DNA of 62,038 bases, counting the filler. It is 3 parts of 3 records of this genome, joined end to end, with 100 filler letters (N's around TTAATTAATTAA, not from the genome) between each part and the next. Parts side by side here need not be neighbours in the genome. Positions count along the whole stretch, not along the records: positions 1 to 27,490 come from DRR723986_3112; positions 27,591 to 55,961 come from DRR723986_3119; 1 more part is not named here. The stretch is one strand, 5' to 3'. This document shows positions 19,270 through 29,240 of the stretch, one piece after another; position 1 is the stretch's first letter; each line of letters begins with the position of its first letter. A program made the translations under genes and the position numbers. The notes under the pieces are model-generated. The model saw nothing but the letters and a program-made list of their open reading frames with translations, ran no database searches and was not told where the DNA came from.

Positions 19270-20652
19270 TCACCGCCGGCCCATCTTGCGCACGTTGGTT
19301 GGGCCATAGAAGGCCTCGCCCGGCGGTTCGATCGTGTAATCCATCGGCTGGCTGTCATTGACCAGGCGGATCACGATATAGGCACCCGCCCGCAGTTCGT
19401 GGAACATCATGGCCCGGTTCACGTAGCCCTGCACATTGTACTCATAGATGTTATTGATCAATACCACCTTCCACAGCTCACCCCGACCATCGTAGTTCTC
19501 CGTCATGGTGATGTTCCAGCTATCCTCGTCGATATAGAACCGGCGCTTGCCGTAAATGTGCCGCTTACCCTCCCGGAGCGTGGCCTCAACGACCCACATA
19601 CGGCGCTTTTCATAGCGAATATAGTCGGGATTGGCGTGAAACGGGGTCAACAAGCTGTCGTAGGACAGTCCCTGTTCATCAAACCGGTAATTGTGGAAGG
19701 GTACGTACAGCTCCTGCTTGCCGAGCAGCGTCCACTCGAAGCGGTCCATGGCGCCATTGAAGCCCAGGGTGTCGTCAATGGTGATCAAGCCGCCCGGGCC
19801 GTCCGGGGTGTCGTAGCCGATGGTCGGTGCGCGCCGAACCCGGCGCGAGCCCGGCAGGTAACGCCATGCCTCCCGGGCATTGGTCACGTAGTCATAGGGC
19901 TCGAAGACGGACGTGATCGTACCCTTGTCGCGCACGGGCAGCGAGACCTCGGTCAGTACCAGCGCGGCCCAGATGCCGAGCTCGTCCTCCAGCGTCCCGA
20001 CCTCGTTCGCGGGATTCACATACGGGTATTCCGAAGTCAGTTCCGAGCGGCGCTCCGCTCGGGTACCGTTGCTGAACACGGCGATATCCGAATACGTGCC
20101 GCCGAGGGTATGGTTAGGGCCGCTGGTCCGGGAATTCCACATCACTTCCGCCCCGCTCGCCGGTATGGGAAAAGCTACAGACCCGGTGAAACCACGGATC
20201 CCGTCATCCCCGTTATACAGTTCGGCGTTGACCGCGTTGAAACGCAGCCGCTCCAGGTAACGCTGGTAATAAGCGCCATCCCGATGCGTGGGATAGACAT
20301 CGACCCGAAAAGTCTCGGGATAGGTGTCAAACATAGCCTGCAGACCAGGACTCAGGAATTGCGCATGCTCGCCCATATTGCCAGCGGAAATACTGTGCAG
20401 GATCGGGTCGCCCGCGTACGGGTCCGGATACGGGGTGCCGGGGCCACCATAGCTCAGCCCCTCGGGCAGGCCTTTCATCGACCCCGTGTAGGGAGGAATG
20501 CTGCCATCGGCATTGCCCGCAGGATCAGCCCCTACCGGCGTGAGCGTCGTGCCCAGTTTAGCGGCCTCTTCCGGTGAGACCTTGGCCTGAGCGCCGGCGA
20601 CCACCATCAGCGACAGCGCGCAAGCAAGCAGCGTGTAACTGTTCATTCTCAT
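19270..20652 (-). CDS. DUF1329 periplasmic protein (LolA-like fold family)
   Basis: Signal peptide; LGTTLTPVGA..AGNADGSIP, W.YLPGSRRVRRAP, KRRFYIDEDSW. Confidence 0.92.
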   Translation of the reverse strand: MRMNSYTLLACALSLMVVAGAQAKVSPEEAAKLGTTLTPVGADPAGNADGSIPPYTGSMKGLPEGLSYGGPGTPYPDPYAGDPILHSISAGNMGEHAQFLSPGLQAMFDTYPETFRVDVYPTHRDGAYYQRYLERLRFNAVNAELYNGDDGIRGFTGSVAFPIPASGAEVMWNSRTSGPNHTLGGTYSDIAVFSNGTRAERRSELTSEYPYVNPANEVGTLEDELGIWAALVLTEVSLPVRDKGTITSVFEPYDYVTNAREAWRYLPGSRRVRRAPTIGYDTPDGPGGLITIDDTLGFNGAMDRFEWTLLGKQELYVPFHNYRFDEQGLSYDSLLTPFHANPDYIRYEKRRMWVVEATLREGKRHIYGKRRFYIDEDSWNITMTENYDGRGELWKVVLINNIYEYNVQGYVNRAMMFHELRAGAYIVIRLVNDSQPMDYTIEPPGEAFYGPTNVRKMGRR

Positions 20653-20665
20653 TCCCCGTTCCTCC

Positions 20666-22306
20666 CTAGAAACTGTATTTCAACGTTACCGAGATATTGT
20701 CTCGGTCACGCAGCAGGTTATTCCGGTTGCCGCCAAAGTAGCTCGCGTAGCTGATACTGGCCCGCATGTTGTTCAGGTACGTCCCCTGCAAGCCCACCGA
20801 CACCACCTTGGCACCGCTAAATGCCTGCAACTCCTGCACCACACCGGATACGTCGTGTTTCAGGAACACGGGCACCGCCAGATCCCAGCCGGGGAACACG
20901 TTGCGATAACCGAAGGTGGTAAACACGGAATAACCCGTGGCGTAATCATCGGCATTCAGTTCCTTGCTGGAGGCGCTGCGCACACTGGCGTAAAAGGCCT
21001 CAAAGGACAGCGTGGTCTCATCCGACAGGAAGCTGGGTCCAAAGACGTGCGTTCCGCCCAGCTGCAGTTTGAGGAGGTTCTCGCGCTCGGCGTCACCATC
21101 GGCGTTGACCATCGGCGTGCCATCCAGCCAGGACAATTCTCCGGTGACATTGGTTTCCCCTATTACGGTAGTAAAACTGGCTGCGGTGCCGCGAATATCC
21201 TCGTAAAAGCGCTGCCTGTAGCTGGTGGGTATGCGGTTGCCGAACACTTCTTCATAGGTGAACTCCAGCGAAGGTTTACGATCGTGCCCAACGATGTGAT
21301 AGAAACCAATATCCGTGTTGCCCTCCGTCAAATAGTGAAAGGCCGCGCCCCACTGCCCGCTACCCGAGGGCTTGTCATCGGCAGTTCGGGGCACGCCCCG
21401 CAGATTGAATTCGTTGCCCCGAATATCTTCCGGGATGAAGGACAGGCCCGGGGACGGTATCAGGAACGAACTGGCGCCGGGTCCGGTCTGGTCGTTGGTA
21501 CTGAAGTAACTGCCCGAGCCGTTGAGTTCGGTCGGCAACCACTCGTACTGGTAATAGGTTTCAAACGTCAGGTTCGACAGGATATCCAGCTGGGCATAGA
21601 CCGCACCGGTTGGCAGCAGAATTTCCTTGATCTCAACACCCGGAACATTCGCCGCCTGCGCATCGGCGCGATTCTGGATACTGTTGATCCCCTGGTAAAA
21701 CACCGCCTCACCCCAGTTGATCACCTGTCGGCCGGCACGAAGGTCGAGCAGGCGTTCACCGGGCAGTTCGAAAGTGCCATAGGCGAACACGTCCAGGAAC
21801 TCCAGCTCACTGCCATGTTCATCACGGGTTTTTGGTGAAAAATCACCGATAGCTGCCGGTCCGTCATACAAGGTACCGCTGTTATAGGTACGAAAGCCGA
21901 AGTCATCGAGGTCGGTGTCTGAATCCTTGTAGACCGTGTCGTAGAAGGCGCGGCCGCGAGCGAACACGCCAAAATCCTGCCAGCGGGCGTCCATTTCCAT
22001 CAGCACGGTGAGGCGATTGGAGATCAGGCCGGTATCAAAATTGTTGTTGCCGTCGTCGCCGTTGATAATCAGTGCCTGCTGCCGCACATAGCCAGGATTC
22101 GTCAGCGGCAGAAACGGGTCTTCCTCCAGCGCGGCGAGAAAGCCGGCGGCGCTGATCGTGGAGTCCCTGCCCTCGACACGCCACTGTGCGCCATAGGTCA
22201 CGGTGGTATCGAAGGCAATCTCCACCCCGTTGTCGAAACTGTAGTCAATCGCGAATGCCTGGGACTGCAGCAGGAACAAACTGCTGAGCAGGAAGGGTTT
22301 TCTCAT
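20666..22306 (-). CDS. DUF1302 outer-membrane beta-barrel protein
   Basis: Start MRKPFLL at 22306 (ATGA overlap with RND stop); NGDDGNNNF, GRQVINWGE, C-terminal DRDNISVTLKYSF. Confidence 0.9.
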   Translation of the reverse strand: MRKPFLLSSLFLLQSQAFAIDYSFDNGVEIAFDTTVTYGAQWRVEGRDSTISAAGFLAALEEDPFLPLTNPGYVRQQALIINGDDGNNNFDTGLISNRLTVLMEMDARWQDFGVFARGRAFYDTVYKDSDTDLDDFGFRTYNSGTLYDGPAAIGDFSPKTRDEHGSELEFLDVFAYGTFELPGERLLDLRAGRQVINWGEAVFYQGINSIQNRADAQAANVPGVEIKEILLPTGAVYAQLDILSNLTFETYYQYEWLPTELNGSGSYFSTNDQTGPGASSFLIPSPGLSFIPEDIRGNEFNLRGVPRTADDKPSGSGQWGAAFHYLTEGNTDIGFYHIVGHDRKPSLEFTYEEVFGNRIPTSYRQRFYEDIRGTAASFTTVIGETNVTGELSWLDGTPMVNADGDAERENLLKLQLGGTHVFGPSFLSDETTLSFEAFYASVRSASSKELNADDYATGYSVFTTFGYRNVFPGWDLAVPVFLKHDVSGVVQELQAFSGAKVVSVGLQGTYLNNMRASISYASYFGGNRNNLLRDRDNISVTLKYSF

Positions 22307-24648
22307 TGCGAGCGCTCCTTGGGGTAAAGAAAACTGGCCAGAGCCGGTAACAGGGTTAGCGCGCCGATCATGTTCAGCAGGAACATAAAGGTCAGCAACA
22401 TGCCCATATCCGCCTGGAACTTGATCGGTGACCAGATCCAGGTAGCCACACCTATGGCCAGGGTGATGCCGGTAAACGCCACGGCCTTGCCGGTGGTCAG
22501 CAGGGTTGCCCGCCAGGCATCCGCCAGGCAATGCTGACGGCGCTGCTGTTCGGTGAAGCGGGCAAATACATATATGCCGTAGTCCACCCCAACTCCGACA
22601 CCAAGGGCGATGACTGGCAGGGTGGCGACTTTTACCCCGATACCCAGTTGCGCCATCAAGGCCTGACAGAGCACCGAGGTGAGTGCTAGCGGGAAGACAA
22701 TGCACAGGACCGCCCGCAGCGAGCCAAAGCTCACCAGCACCAGGCCGGCTACCGCGGCATACACCAGATAGAGTATGCGCAGCCGCGATTTGGCGATCTC
22801 CTGGTTGGTCGCGGCCTCCACCCCTGCATTACCTGCAGCGGGTACGAAGCGGATACTGTCGCTATTGTTTTCACTGGCGAACTGTTCGACTGCGTCCAGC
22901 ACGCGCTGCAGGGTTGCCGCCTTGTGATCAGCCAGGAACAGAACGGCCGGCAACAGGCTGCAGTCCCGGTTCATCAATTGTTCGGGCATCCGGTTGAAGG
23001 TCGTGTTGAGCGCGCTCTGGTTGCGCGTAATCGTGGCCCACTTGAGGCTGCCCTCATTGAAGCCGCTGAGCACCAGGCGCGACACCGTGGGGGCGCCGAC
23101 GGCCGACTCCACCCCGGGCACATTCCGCATCACCCAGAGAAAGTCGTCGAACAGGGCCAGGTTGGCATAATTAGCGCAGGCTTCACGCTCGGTCTCGACC
23201 ATAATCACCAGCACATCGGAGCTGGTGGAATAATGGTCTGAGATATACGCACTATCCCTGTTGTAGCGGGAATCGGCGCGCAGTTCCGGCGCTCCCGCAT
23301 CGAGGTCACCGATCTGCAGGGATTCACCCAGCTTGACCCCGGCAACCGCCAGTCCCCCAGCAATCAGCAGCAGCACCAGGGCCACCGGACGCTCGGCGCA
23401 GCGTGCCAGAATGGTCCAGCTAAGGGGCTGGCGATCCTGTCGCTCCTGCATCCGGGCAATGGTTCGCCGCCCGAGACCCACGTAGGACAGCAGCACTGGC
23501 AGCAGGACCAGGTTGGTAAGGATAATCACCGCAACCCCGATGCTCGCCGCAATACCAAGCTCCCGGATCACCTGGATGGGCATAAGCAACATGGTGAGGA
23601 ATCCCACTGCATCTGACACCAGCGCGGTGGAGCCCGGAATGTAAAGGCGACGGAAGGCCAGTTTTGCAGCTCCGAGCCGCGTAGCACCGGATGCGGATTG
23701 CAAGCCAATGGCATTCAACACCTGCACGCCGTGACTGATGGCAATGGCAAATACCAGGAACGGCACGAGAATAGAGAAGGCATCAAGCCCGTAGCCAAGT
23801 ACTTCAAGCAGACCCAGTTGCCAGACGACGGCAATCAGCGAACACAGCAGGGCAACCCCGGTCGCACGCAGGCTCCGGCAATAAACTACCAGTAACAGCG
23901 CCGTCACAATGAAGGTGATAACGGCAAACAGGACGATGGCTCGAATCCCGTCGAGCAAATCGCCGACCATCTTGGCAAAGCCGACGATCCGTATCGCGAT
24001 GGCATCGCTCTGGTAACGCGATCTGATGTCGCGCTCCAGATCGCGGGAGAAATGCCAGTAATCCAACGGCTCGTTGCTCCGCGGATCGCGATCGAAAAGG
24101 GGCAGCTCGACAATCGACGAGCGGTAGTCGTTCGCTACCAGCCGCCCGACCTCGCCGGAGCGGAGCAGGTTTTCCCGCAAACGCTCCATTGCCAGTTCGC
24201 TGCCATCGTATTCCGAGTCAATAACCCGATCACCTTCAAAACCCTCCTCGGTGACCGCTGTCCAGCGCACGTTGGGTGTCCACAGGGAGCGCATCCGGTT
24301 ACGGTCGACACCCGACAGGTAGAACGCATCGTCAGTTACCTGGCGCACGGTCTCCAGATAGTCCGGATCAAAGATATCGCCGTGCCGATTCTCAACCACG
24401 ATCTGTACCGTGGTGCCTGTGGCACCAAGGTCATCGATGTGCCGGAGCATGGCCTGGATGTAGGGGTGCTCCACCGGAATCATTTTTTCGAAACTGGCAT
24501 CCGGCTTCAGCTGGGTTACATGCCAGCCCAGCCATAAGGTCAGCGCAGTGAACAGCAACAGGAGTGCAGGCCGGAAGGAAAATATAAGGCGTTCGACCCG
24601 CGGCTCTTCCTCGCCCCACTGCCAGGTTTGCGGCCGCTCAGTAGTCAC
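22303..24648 (-). CDS. RND superfamily (MMPL-type) inner-membrane transporter
   Basis: 781 aa with two TM bundles and two periplasmic domains; AIAISHGVQ and LGVGVGVDYGIY motifs; FQADMG. Confidence 0.93.
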   Translation of the reverse strand: MTTERPQTWQWGEEEPRVERLIFSFRPALLLLFTALTLWLGWHVTQLKPDASFEKMIPVEHPYIQAMLRHIDDLGATGTTVQIVVENRHGDIFDPDYLETVRQVTDDAFYLSGVDRNRMRSLWTPNVRWTAVTEEGFEGDRVIDSEYDGSELAMERLRENLLRSGEVGRLVANDYRSSIVELPLFDRDPRSNEPLDYWHFSRDLERDIRSRYQSDAIAIRIVGFAKMVGDLLDGIRAIVLFAVITFIVTALLLVVYCRSLRATGVALLCSLIAVVWQLGLLEVLGYGLDAFSILVPFLVFAIAISHGVQVLNAIGLQSASGATRLGAAKLAFRRLYIPGSTALVSDAVGFLTMLLMPIQVIRELGIAASIGVAVIILTNLVLLPVLLSYVGLGRRTIARMQERQDRQPLSWTILARCAERPVALVLLLIAGGLAVAGVKLGESLQIGDLDAGAPELRADSRYNRDSAYISDHYSTSSDVLVIMVETEREACANYANLALFDDFLWVMRNVPGVESAVGAPTVSRLVLSGFNEGSLKWATITRNQSALNTTFNRMPEQLMNRDCSLLPAVLFLADHKAATLQRVLDAVEQFASENNSDSIRFVPAAGNAGVEAATNQEIAKSRLRILYLVYAAVAGLVLVSFGSLRAVLCIVFPLALTSVLCQALMAQLGIGVKVATLPVIALGVGVGVDYGIYVFARFTEQQRRQHCLADAWRATLLTTGKAVAFTGITLAIGVATWIWSPIKFQADMGMLLTFMFLLNMIGALTLLPALASFLYPKERSQ

Positions 24649-25777
24649 CGGACATCTCCAGGCGGTGCAAGCCGCCGCGCCCGACAGCCAGCAAACGCCC
24701 CTTCGATGCGGCTACCGCACTGAGATCAAAGCGCACCGGCAGTGAGCGGTCGCTGAAAGAGACGCCACCGTCATCGCTGACCAGCACACTTCCGACCCCA
24801 CCGACCAGCACCACACGGTCATCCCGCAGCCAGGTACCACCAAACAGCGCCCGCTCTGTCCCGGTGTCGCTAGCGGTCCAGCTTGCACCATCGTCATCGC
24901 TGTAGAAGCTGTTCCCGCGCAAGCCGAAAACGAGCAGGCGACCACTGTGCGAGGCCCGGGTAATGCCGAAAAATGTACCGAAGTATGGAGATTCCAGCGT
25001 GACCCAGCTGATACCGCCATCCCGCGAATGGAACAGCTGGCCACCCTCGCCGGCGATCCACACCTTGCCTGCGCGATCGCCGGTAATCGCATTGAGATGC
25101 AACTGCTCAGGGTTGTCGAGTCGGTCGCCGCTCGCCTGCCAGTTCAAGCCGCCGTCCTCAGTCACCAGCATGGCGCCAAAGGCGCCGATCGCAAACCCGC
25201 GAAGCGGGCTGTCGAACCAGATATCCAGTAGCGGCGGTGTCTGCACAGGCACCTCCATGGCAAGCTCGGCATCTTCCAGGTCAAGCTCGAGCTCGTCGAA
25301 CTGCGCCATGAGCTCGGCACGCTCGCCGGGGTCAGCGGTCACCGCCAGGCGAGACTGCAGCGCCTGCCTGTCGCGCCTGAGCCGGTCAAGGCTCTGGCGG
25401 TTGATCCCGGACTGGCGGGCAAGTCCGTCGTACTGAACCGCCCAGCTGCGCGCACCATCGCTGGACACCAGGATCAGGCCATCATGCCCGACTACCCAGC
25501 CCCTGCGGGCATCGACGAAATGTACCGCGGTTAACATTTGCCGGGTGGGGACAGACGCCTGCTGCCATTGCCCGTCACCGGGCGACACCAGTAGCACATG
25601 GCCGCGCTCACCCACTGCCACGAGGGACGCGCCGGCTTCGGTCACGTCGAGCAGCAAAGACCGGGATGCCAAGGGCATGACACGCGCCTGATCGGCGGTC
25701 GCCAGAAGAGGAACCAGGGTGAGAACCGCAAGAACCGAACCCACCACCTGCGCCAGAATGCGGCGCTTTTTCAGCAT
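24638..25777 (-). CDS. YCF48/BNR-repeat beta-propeller protein
   Basis: Signal peptide; VGERGHVL, VGHDG.IL.S.DG...W and repeated S.DGG.SW Asp-boxes. Confidence 0.9.
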   Translation of the reverse strand: MLKKRRILAQVVGSVLAVLTLVPLLATADQARVMPLASRSLLLDVTEAGASLVAVGERGHVLLVSPGDGQWQQASVPTRQMLTAVHFVDARRGWVVGHDGLILVSSDGARSWAVQYDGLARQSGINRQSLDRLRRDRQALQSRLAVTADPGERAELMAQFDELELDLEDAELAMEVPVQTPPLLDIWFDSPLRGFAIGAFGAMLVTEDGGLNWQASGDRLDNPEQLHLNAITGDRAGKVWIAGEGGQLFHSRDGGISWVTLESPYFGTFFGITRASHSGRLLVFGLRGNSFYSDDDGASWTASDTGTERALFGGTWLRDDRVVLVGGVGSVLVSDDGGVSFSDRSLPVRFDLSAVAASKGRLLAVGRGGLHRLEMSGDY

Positions 25778-25948
25778 GATGCACCTGTTATTGCTATTGT
25801 TGGTATCTTATACAGGCTTAGCTCATTACCCGGAATTGATGCGCATCAATCAATGCTCAGCCAGGCACGAAAACCGCCCGCCGTCGGTTATCTGCCAATC
25901 GCTACGCGGGCGACTGACGACGGGCGGACAGACAGGAGAGAGACCAGA

Positions 25949-27064
25949 ATGACCAGACCACACATCTGGCTGCGAGCAGAATCCAAGGCCGGGGAAGCGC
26001 GCCGGGCCCTGGTCCCCGCCGATGCGGCCGCCCTGCTGGCGGCAGGATTTTCCGTGACGGTGGAGGACGCGCCCGGCGCGGTGATCCCCGCAGAGGAATA
26101 CCGGCTCAGCGGCTGCACGATTGCCGAGGCGGGCTCCTGGTTATCAGCCCCGGCTGAAACCTGCGTGCTCGGCCTGAAGGACCTGCCCGGCGATGCCGCG
26201 CCGCTACGCCAGCGGCATATCTATTTCGCCCATGCATTCAAGGGGCAGCGGGGCTGGAGCGAACTGCTGCAACGCTTCAGCGCGGCCGGTGGCACCTTGC
26301 TGGACCTGGAATACCTGGTCGATGAGGACGGGCGGCGGCTTGCCGCCTTCGGCTACTGGGCAGGCTATGTCGGTGCGGCCCTGGGGGTATTGAACTGGTG
26401 TGGACAACAACTCGGGCTAGCGCCCGCCCTGGATTCTCTTACGCCCTGGGAAAATCGGAAAGCGCTGCTCGCGGAGGTACGCGAGCTGTACGAGCGCAGT
26501 GAAGGTTCGCTCGCAGGACGGCCCCTGCTGATGGTAATCGGTGCGGAAGGCCGGGTGGGCAGCGGCGCTACCGAACTGGCCCGTCACCTCAGGCTGGAGT
26601 GCACCCGCTGGGACATTGAGGAAACCGCCCGTGGCGGTCCGTTTCGCGAAATCCTGGAGCACGATGTGCTGGTCAACTGCGTGCTGGTCGATCGACCAAT
26701 GCCACCCTTCCTGACCCCGGTGCTGCTCAATAGCGCGGAGCGGCGTTTGTCGGTTATTGCCGACGTGAGCTGCGATCCCTACGGCGATCACAACCCCTTG
26801 CCGCTCTACGACCGCTGTACGACCCTCGAGTCGCCCTTGCTCCGCCTGCGGGGCAAGCCCTGCGAACTCGACCTGATCGCCATAGATCACCTGCCCTCGC
26901 TGCTGCCACTGGAATCCAGCGTGGATTTCAGTGCCCAGCTACTGCCCCTGCTGCTGCAACTGGGTAGTGACCAGCCAGGTCCCTGGCAGCGGGCAGAGGC
27001 CATTTTCCAGAGCAAATGCCGGGAAGCCAGCGCCAAACCTGCAGGACCCCCAGCGGATGCCTGA
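25949..27064 (+). CDS. Saccharopine dehydrogenase (NAD+, L-lysine-forming; Lys1/AlaDH-type)
   Basis: ATG after GGAGAG RBS; HIWLRAESK..E.R, LGLKDLP, FAHAFKGQ.G, DLEYL, AAFGYWAG, DVSCD, IDHLPSLLP.ESS. Confidence 0.9.
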   Translation: MTRPHIWLRAESKAGEARRALVPADAAALLAAGFSVTVEDAPGAVIPAEEYRLSGCTIAEAGSWLSAPAETCVLGLKDLPGDAAPLRQRHIYFAHAFKGQRGWSELLQRFSAAGGTLLDLEYLVDEDGRRLAAFGYWAGYVGAALGVLNWCGQQLGLAPALDSLTPWENRKALLAEVRELYERSEGSLAGRPLLMVIGAEGRVGSGATELARHLRLECTRWDIEETARGGPFREILEHDVLVNCVLVDRPMPPFLTPVLLNSAERRLSVIADVSCDPYGDHNPLPLYDRCTTLESPLLRLRGKPCELDLIAIDHLPSLLPLESSVDFSAQLLPLLLQLGSDQPGPWQRAEAIFQSKCREASAKPAGPPADA

Positions 27065-27490
27065 GCACAACCTGTTCTGCCAGTTTGCCCACTTGCCGGC
27101 CGGGGATGAGGCGGTCGTCCTGCTAACGACCGACGAGGGTGCGCGTTACACCTACGCCGATGCGACAGCGGAATCTGCGCGCATAGCCAATCTGCTCGAG
27201 GATGCCGGGCTTCGCGCCGGTGATCGGGTCACGGTGCAGGCAGAGAAATCCCCGCAGTATCTCTGGCTTTACCTCGCCTGCCTGCGGGCAGGCCTGGTCT
27301 TCCATCCCCTCAATACAGCCTACCGGGAGCTGGAACTGGATTACTTCCTGGGCGATGCACAGCCCACGGCGGTGATCTGTGACAGCTCAAGGCTCGACGC
27401 GATCCAGTCCCTGGCAGGTGCGGCTGCGGTCCGGGTTTTCCTCACCCTGGATGCGGACGGCAGCGGAACACTGGCCGAAGGTGCGGCGGG
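27057..27490 (+). CDS. Acyl-CoA synthetase (malonyl-CoA synthetase MatB-like), 5' part, truncated by contig end
   Basis: GDRVTVQAEKSP..LWLYLACLRAGLVFHPLNTAY...ELDYFLGDAQP; TLDADGSGTL. Confidence 0.8.
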
Positions 27491-27590
27491 NNNNNNNNNN
27501 NNNNNNNNNNNNNNNNNNNNNNNNNNNNNNNNNNTTAATTAATTAANNNNNNNNNNNNNNNNNNNNNNNNNNNNNNNNNNNNNNNNNNNN
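27491..27590. other. Artificial contig spacer (N-run with TTAATTAATTAA)
   Basis: 100-nt N linker with stops in all six frames; genes are truncated on both sides. Confidence 0.98.
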
Positions 27591-27591
27591 T

Positions 27592-28404
27592 ACCGACTAC
27601 GGCTGCTTTGCCGAGCTGGAGGAAGGTGTGGAAGGCCTGGTACACGTCTCCGAGATGGATTGGACCAACAAGAACGTGCACCCCTCCAAGATCGTCCAGC
27701 TGGGCGACGAAGTAGAGGTGATGGTTCTGGATATCGACGAGGAGCGTCGCCGGATTTCCCTGGGTATCAAGCAGTGCCAGCAGAATCCCTGGGATGCCTT
27801 TGCCAGCCAGTACAGCAAGGGCGACAAGATTGCCGGCGCGATCAAGTCGATCACCGATTTCGGTATCTTCATTGGCCTGGAAGGCAACATCGACGGCCTG
27901 GTGCACCTGTCCGACATCAGCTGGAACGAAACCGGCGAGGAAGCGGTACGCAACTACAAGAAGGGCGACGAGATCGAGACGGTTATCCTCTCTATCGATC
28001 CGGAGCGCGAGCGTATCTCCCTGGGTATCAAGCAGCTGGAGGACGATCCGTTCTCCAACTATGTGGCTGAAAACGATCGCGGTGCTATCGTGACCGGTGA
28101 AGTCATCGAGGTGGATGCCAAGGCTGTGGTCATCAAGCTGGCGGAAGAGGTCGAGGGTGTCCTCAAGGCCTCCGACATCAGCCGTGACCGGGTGGAAGAT
28201 GCGCGTAACTCGTTCAAGGTCGGTGACGAAGTGGAAGCCAAGATTATCTCGGTGGACCGCAAGAACCGCGGCCTGGGCCTGTCGATCAAGGCCAAGGACT
28301 TCGATGATGAGAAGGAAGCAGTCAAGTCCCTGAAGGACCAGGACGAGGCGGCATCACCGGGCACCATCGGCGACCTGATCAAGGCCCAGATGGGCGAGAA
28401 GTAA
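27592..28404 (+). CDS. rpsA: 30S ribosomal protein S1, 3' part
   Basis: [33 protein letters not shown] and successive S1 repeats. Confidence 0.98.
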   Translation, partial: TDYGCFAELEEGVEGLVHVSEMDWTNKNVHPSKIVQLGDEVEVMVLDIDEERRRISLGIKQCQQNPWDAFASQYSKGDKIAGAIKSITDFGIFIGLEGNIDGLVHLSDISWNETGEEAVRNYKKGDEIETVILSIDPERERISLGIKQLEDDPFSNYVAENDRGAIVTGEVIEVDAKAVVIKLAEEVEGVLKASDISRDRVEDARNSFKVGDEVEAKIISVDRKNRGLGLSIKAKDFDDEKEAVKSLKDQDEAASPGTIGDLIKAQMGEK

Positions 28405-28433
28405 ATCCTGTCCCGGGGCGTCCGGGACATCAT

Positions 28434-28460
28434 AAGGGCTCACCTCGGTGGGCCCTTTTT
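28434..28460 (+). terminator. Rho-independent terminator after rpsA
   Basis: AAGGGCTCAC-CTCG-GTGGGCCCTT hairpin ending in a T run. Confidence 0.8.
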
Positions 28461-28557
28461 CGTTAAAAAATAACAACTTGCGTTAAAGCCGGTGGCGGTC
28501 CAAAATACTCGAAAGGGGCGTAAGCCTGATAAGAATACCTCTTGTACGGGATCAACC

Positions 28558-28854
28558 ATGACCAAGAGCGAACTGATAGAGACCATTGCCGCGAAGCAGA
28601 GCCAGCTGTCGTCCAAGGACGTCGAGCTGGCGGTCAAGACGATTCTGGAGCACATGTCGCATGCCCTCTCCACTGGCGAGCGCATCGAAATACGCGGGTT
28701 TGGCAGTTTCTCCCTGCACTACCGTGAGCCGCGTCGCGGTCGTAACCCGAAGACGGGTGATGCGGTGGAACTCACCGGCAAGCACGTGCCCCACTTCAAG
28801 CCGGGCAAGGAACTGCGCGAGCGGGTCAACCTGGGGCTGCAGGCCGGCCTGTAG
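28558..28854 (+). CDS. ihfB: Integration host factor beta subunit
   Basis: MTKSELIE...[26 protein letters not shown]....[17 protein letters not shown]. Confidence 0.97.
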   Translation: MTKSELIETIAAKQSQLSSKDVELAVKTILEHMSHALSTGERIEIRGFGSFSLHYREPRRGRNPKTGDAVELTGKHVPHFKPGKELRERVNLGLQAGL

Positions 28855-28934
28855 AGTTGCCGGAAACCGTGGAGGCGGTATGATCGGTCGATCATGCCGC
28901 TTTTTTTTGGGTCGGCGTATCCGGAGACAATGAC

Positions 28935-29240
28935 ATGAAATTGCTGCGTACCCTCCTTACTGTCCTGGTTGTCCTGGCCATGGTCGCAGCCGGCATTCTG
29001 TTCGCCCTGCAGAACGCCGTGGCAGTACCTCTTGACCTGCTGGTGTATACCTTTGCCCCCCGCAGCCTGGCGCTGTGGATCCTGCTCGCCTTCGCCGTGG
29101 GAGGTCTGGTCGGCTTGCTGGTTTCGAGCCTGATGATGGTGCGCCTGCGGGCAAGCACTGCCGCCCTGCGGCGCCAGTTGGGTCGAGCCCGTGCGGAAGT
29201 CGACAAGTTGCGCACGTCAGGGCTGGCGGACAGTGAATGA
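28935..29240 (+). CDS. lapA: LPS assembly protein A (LapA/DUF1049)
   Basis: Two TM helices plus basic coiled tail; position between ihfB and lapB. Confidence 0.85.
   Translation: MKLLRTLLTVLVVLAMVAAGILFALQNAVAVPLDLLVYTFAPRSLALWILLAFAVGGLVGLLVSSLMMVRLRASTAALRRQLGRARAEVDKLRTSGLADSE

Noticed and set aside
22307-22705. N-terminal extension of DUF1302 in the ORF track (679 aa)
   Set aside because: Overlaps the RND gene out of frame; the signal peptide begins at 22306
25598-25948. N-terminal extension of saccharopine dehydrogenase
   Set aside because: Overlaps the divergent YCF48 gene; RBS and homology start at 25949
27491-27590. TTAATTAATTAA palindrome within N-runs (also at 55962-56061)
   Set aside because: Artificial six-frame-stop contig linker, not biology; ORFs crossing it are artefacts
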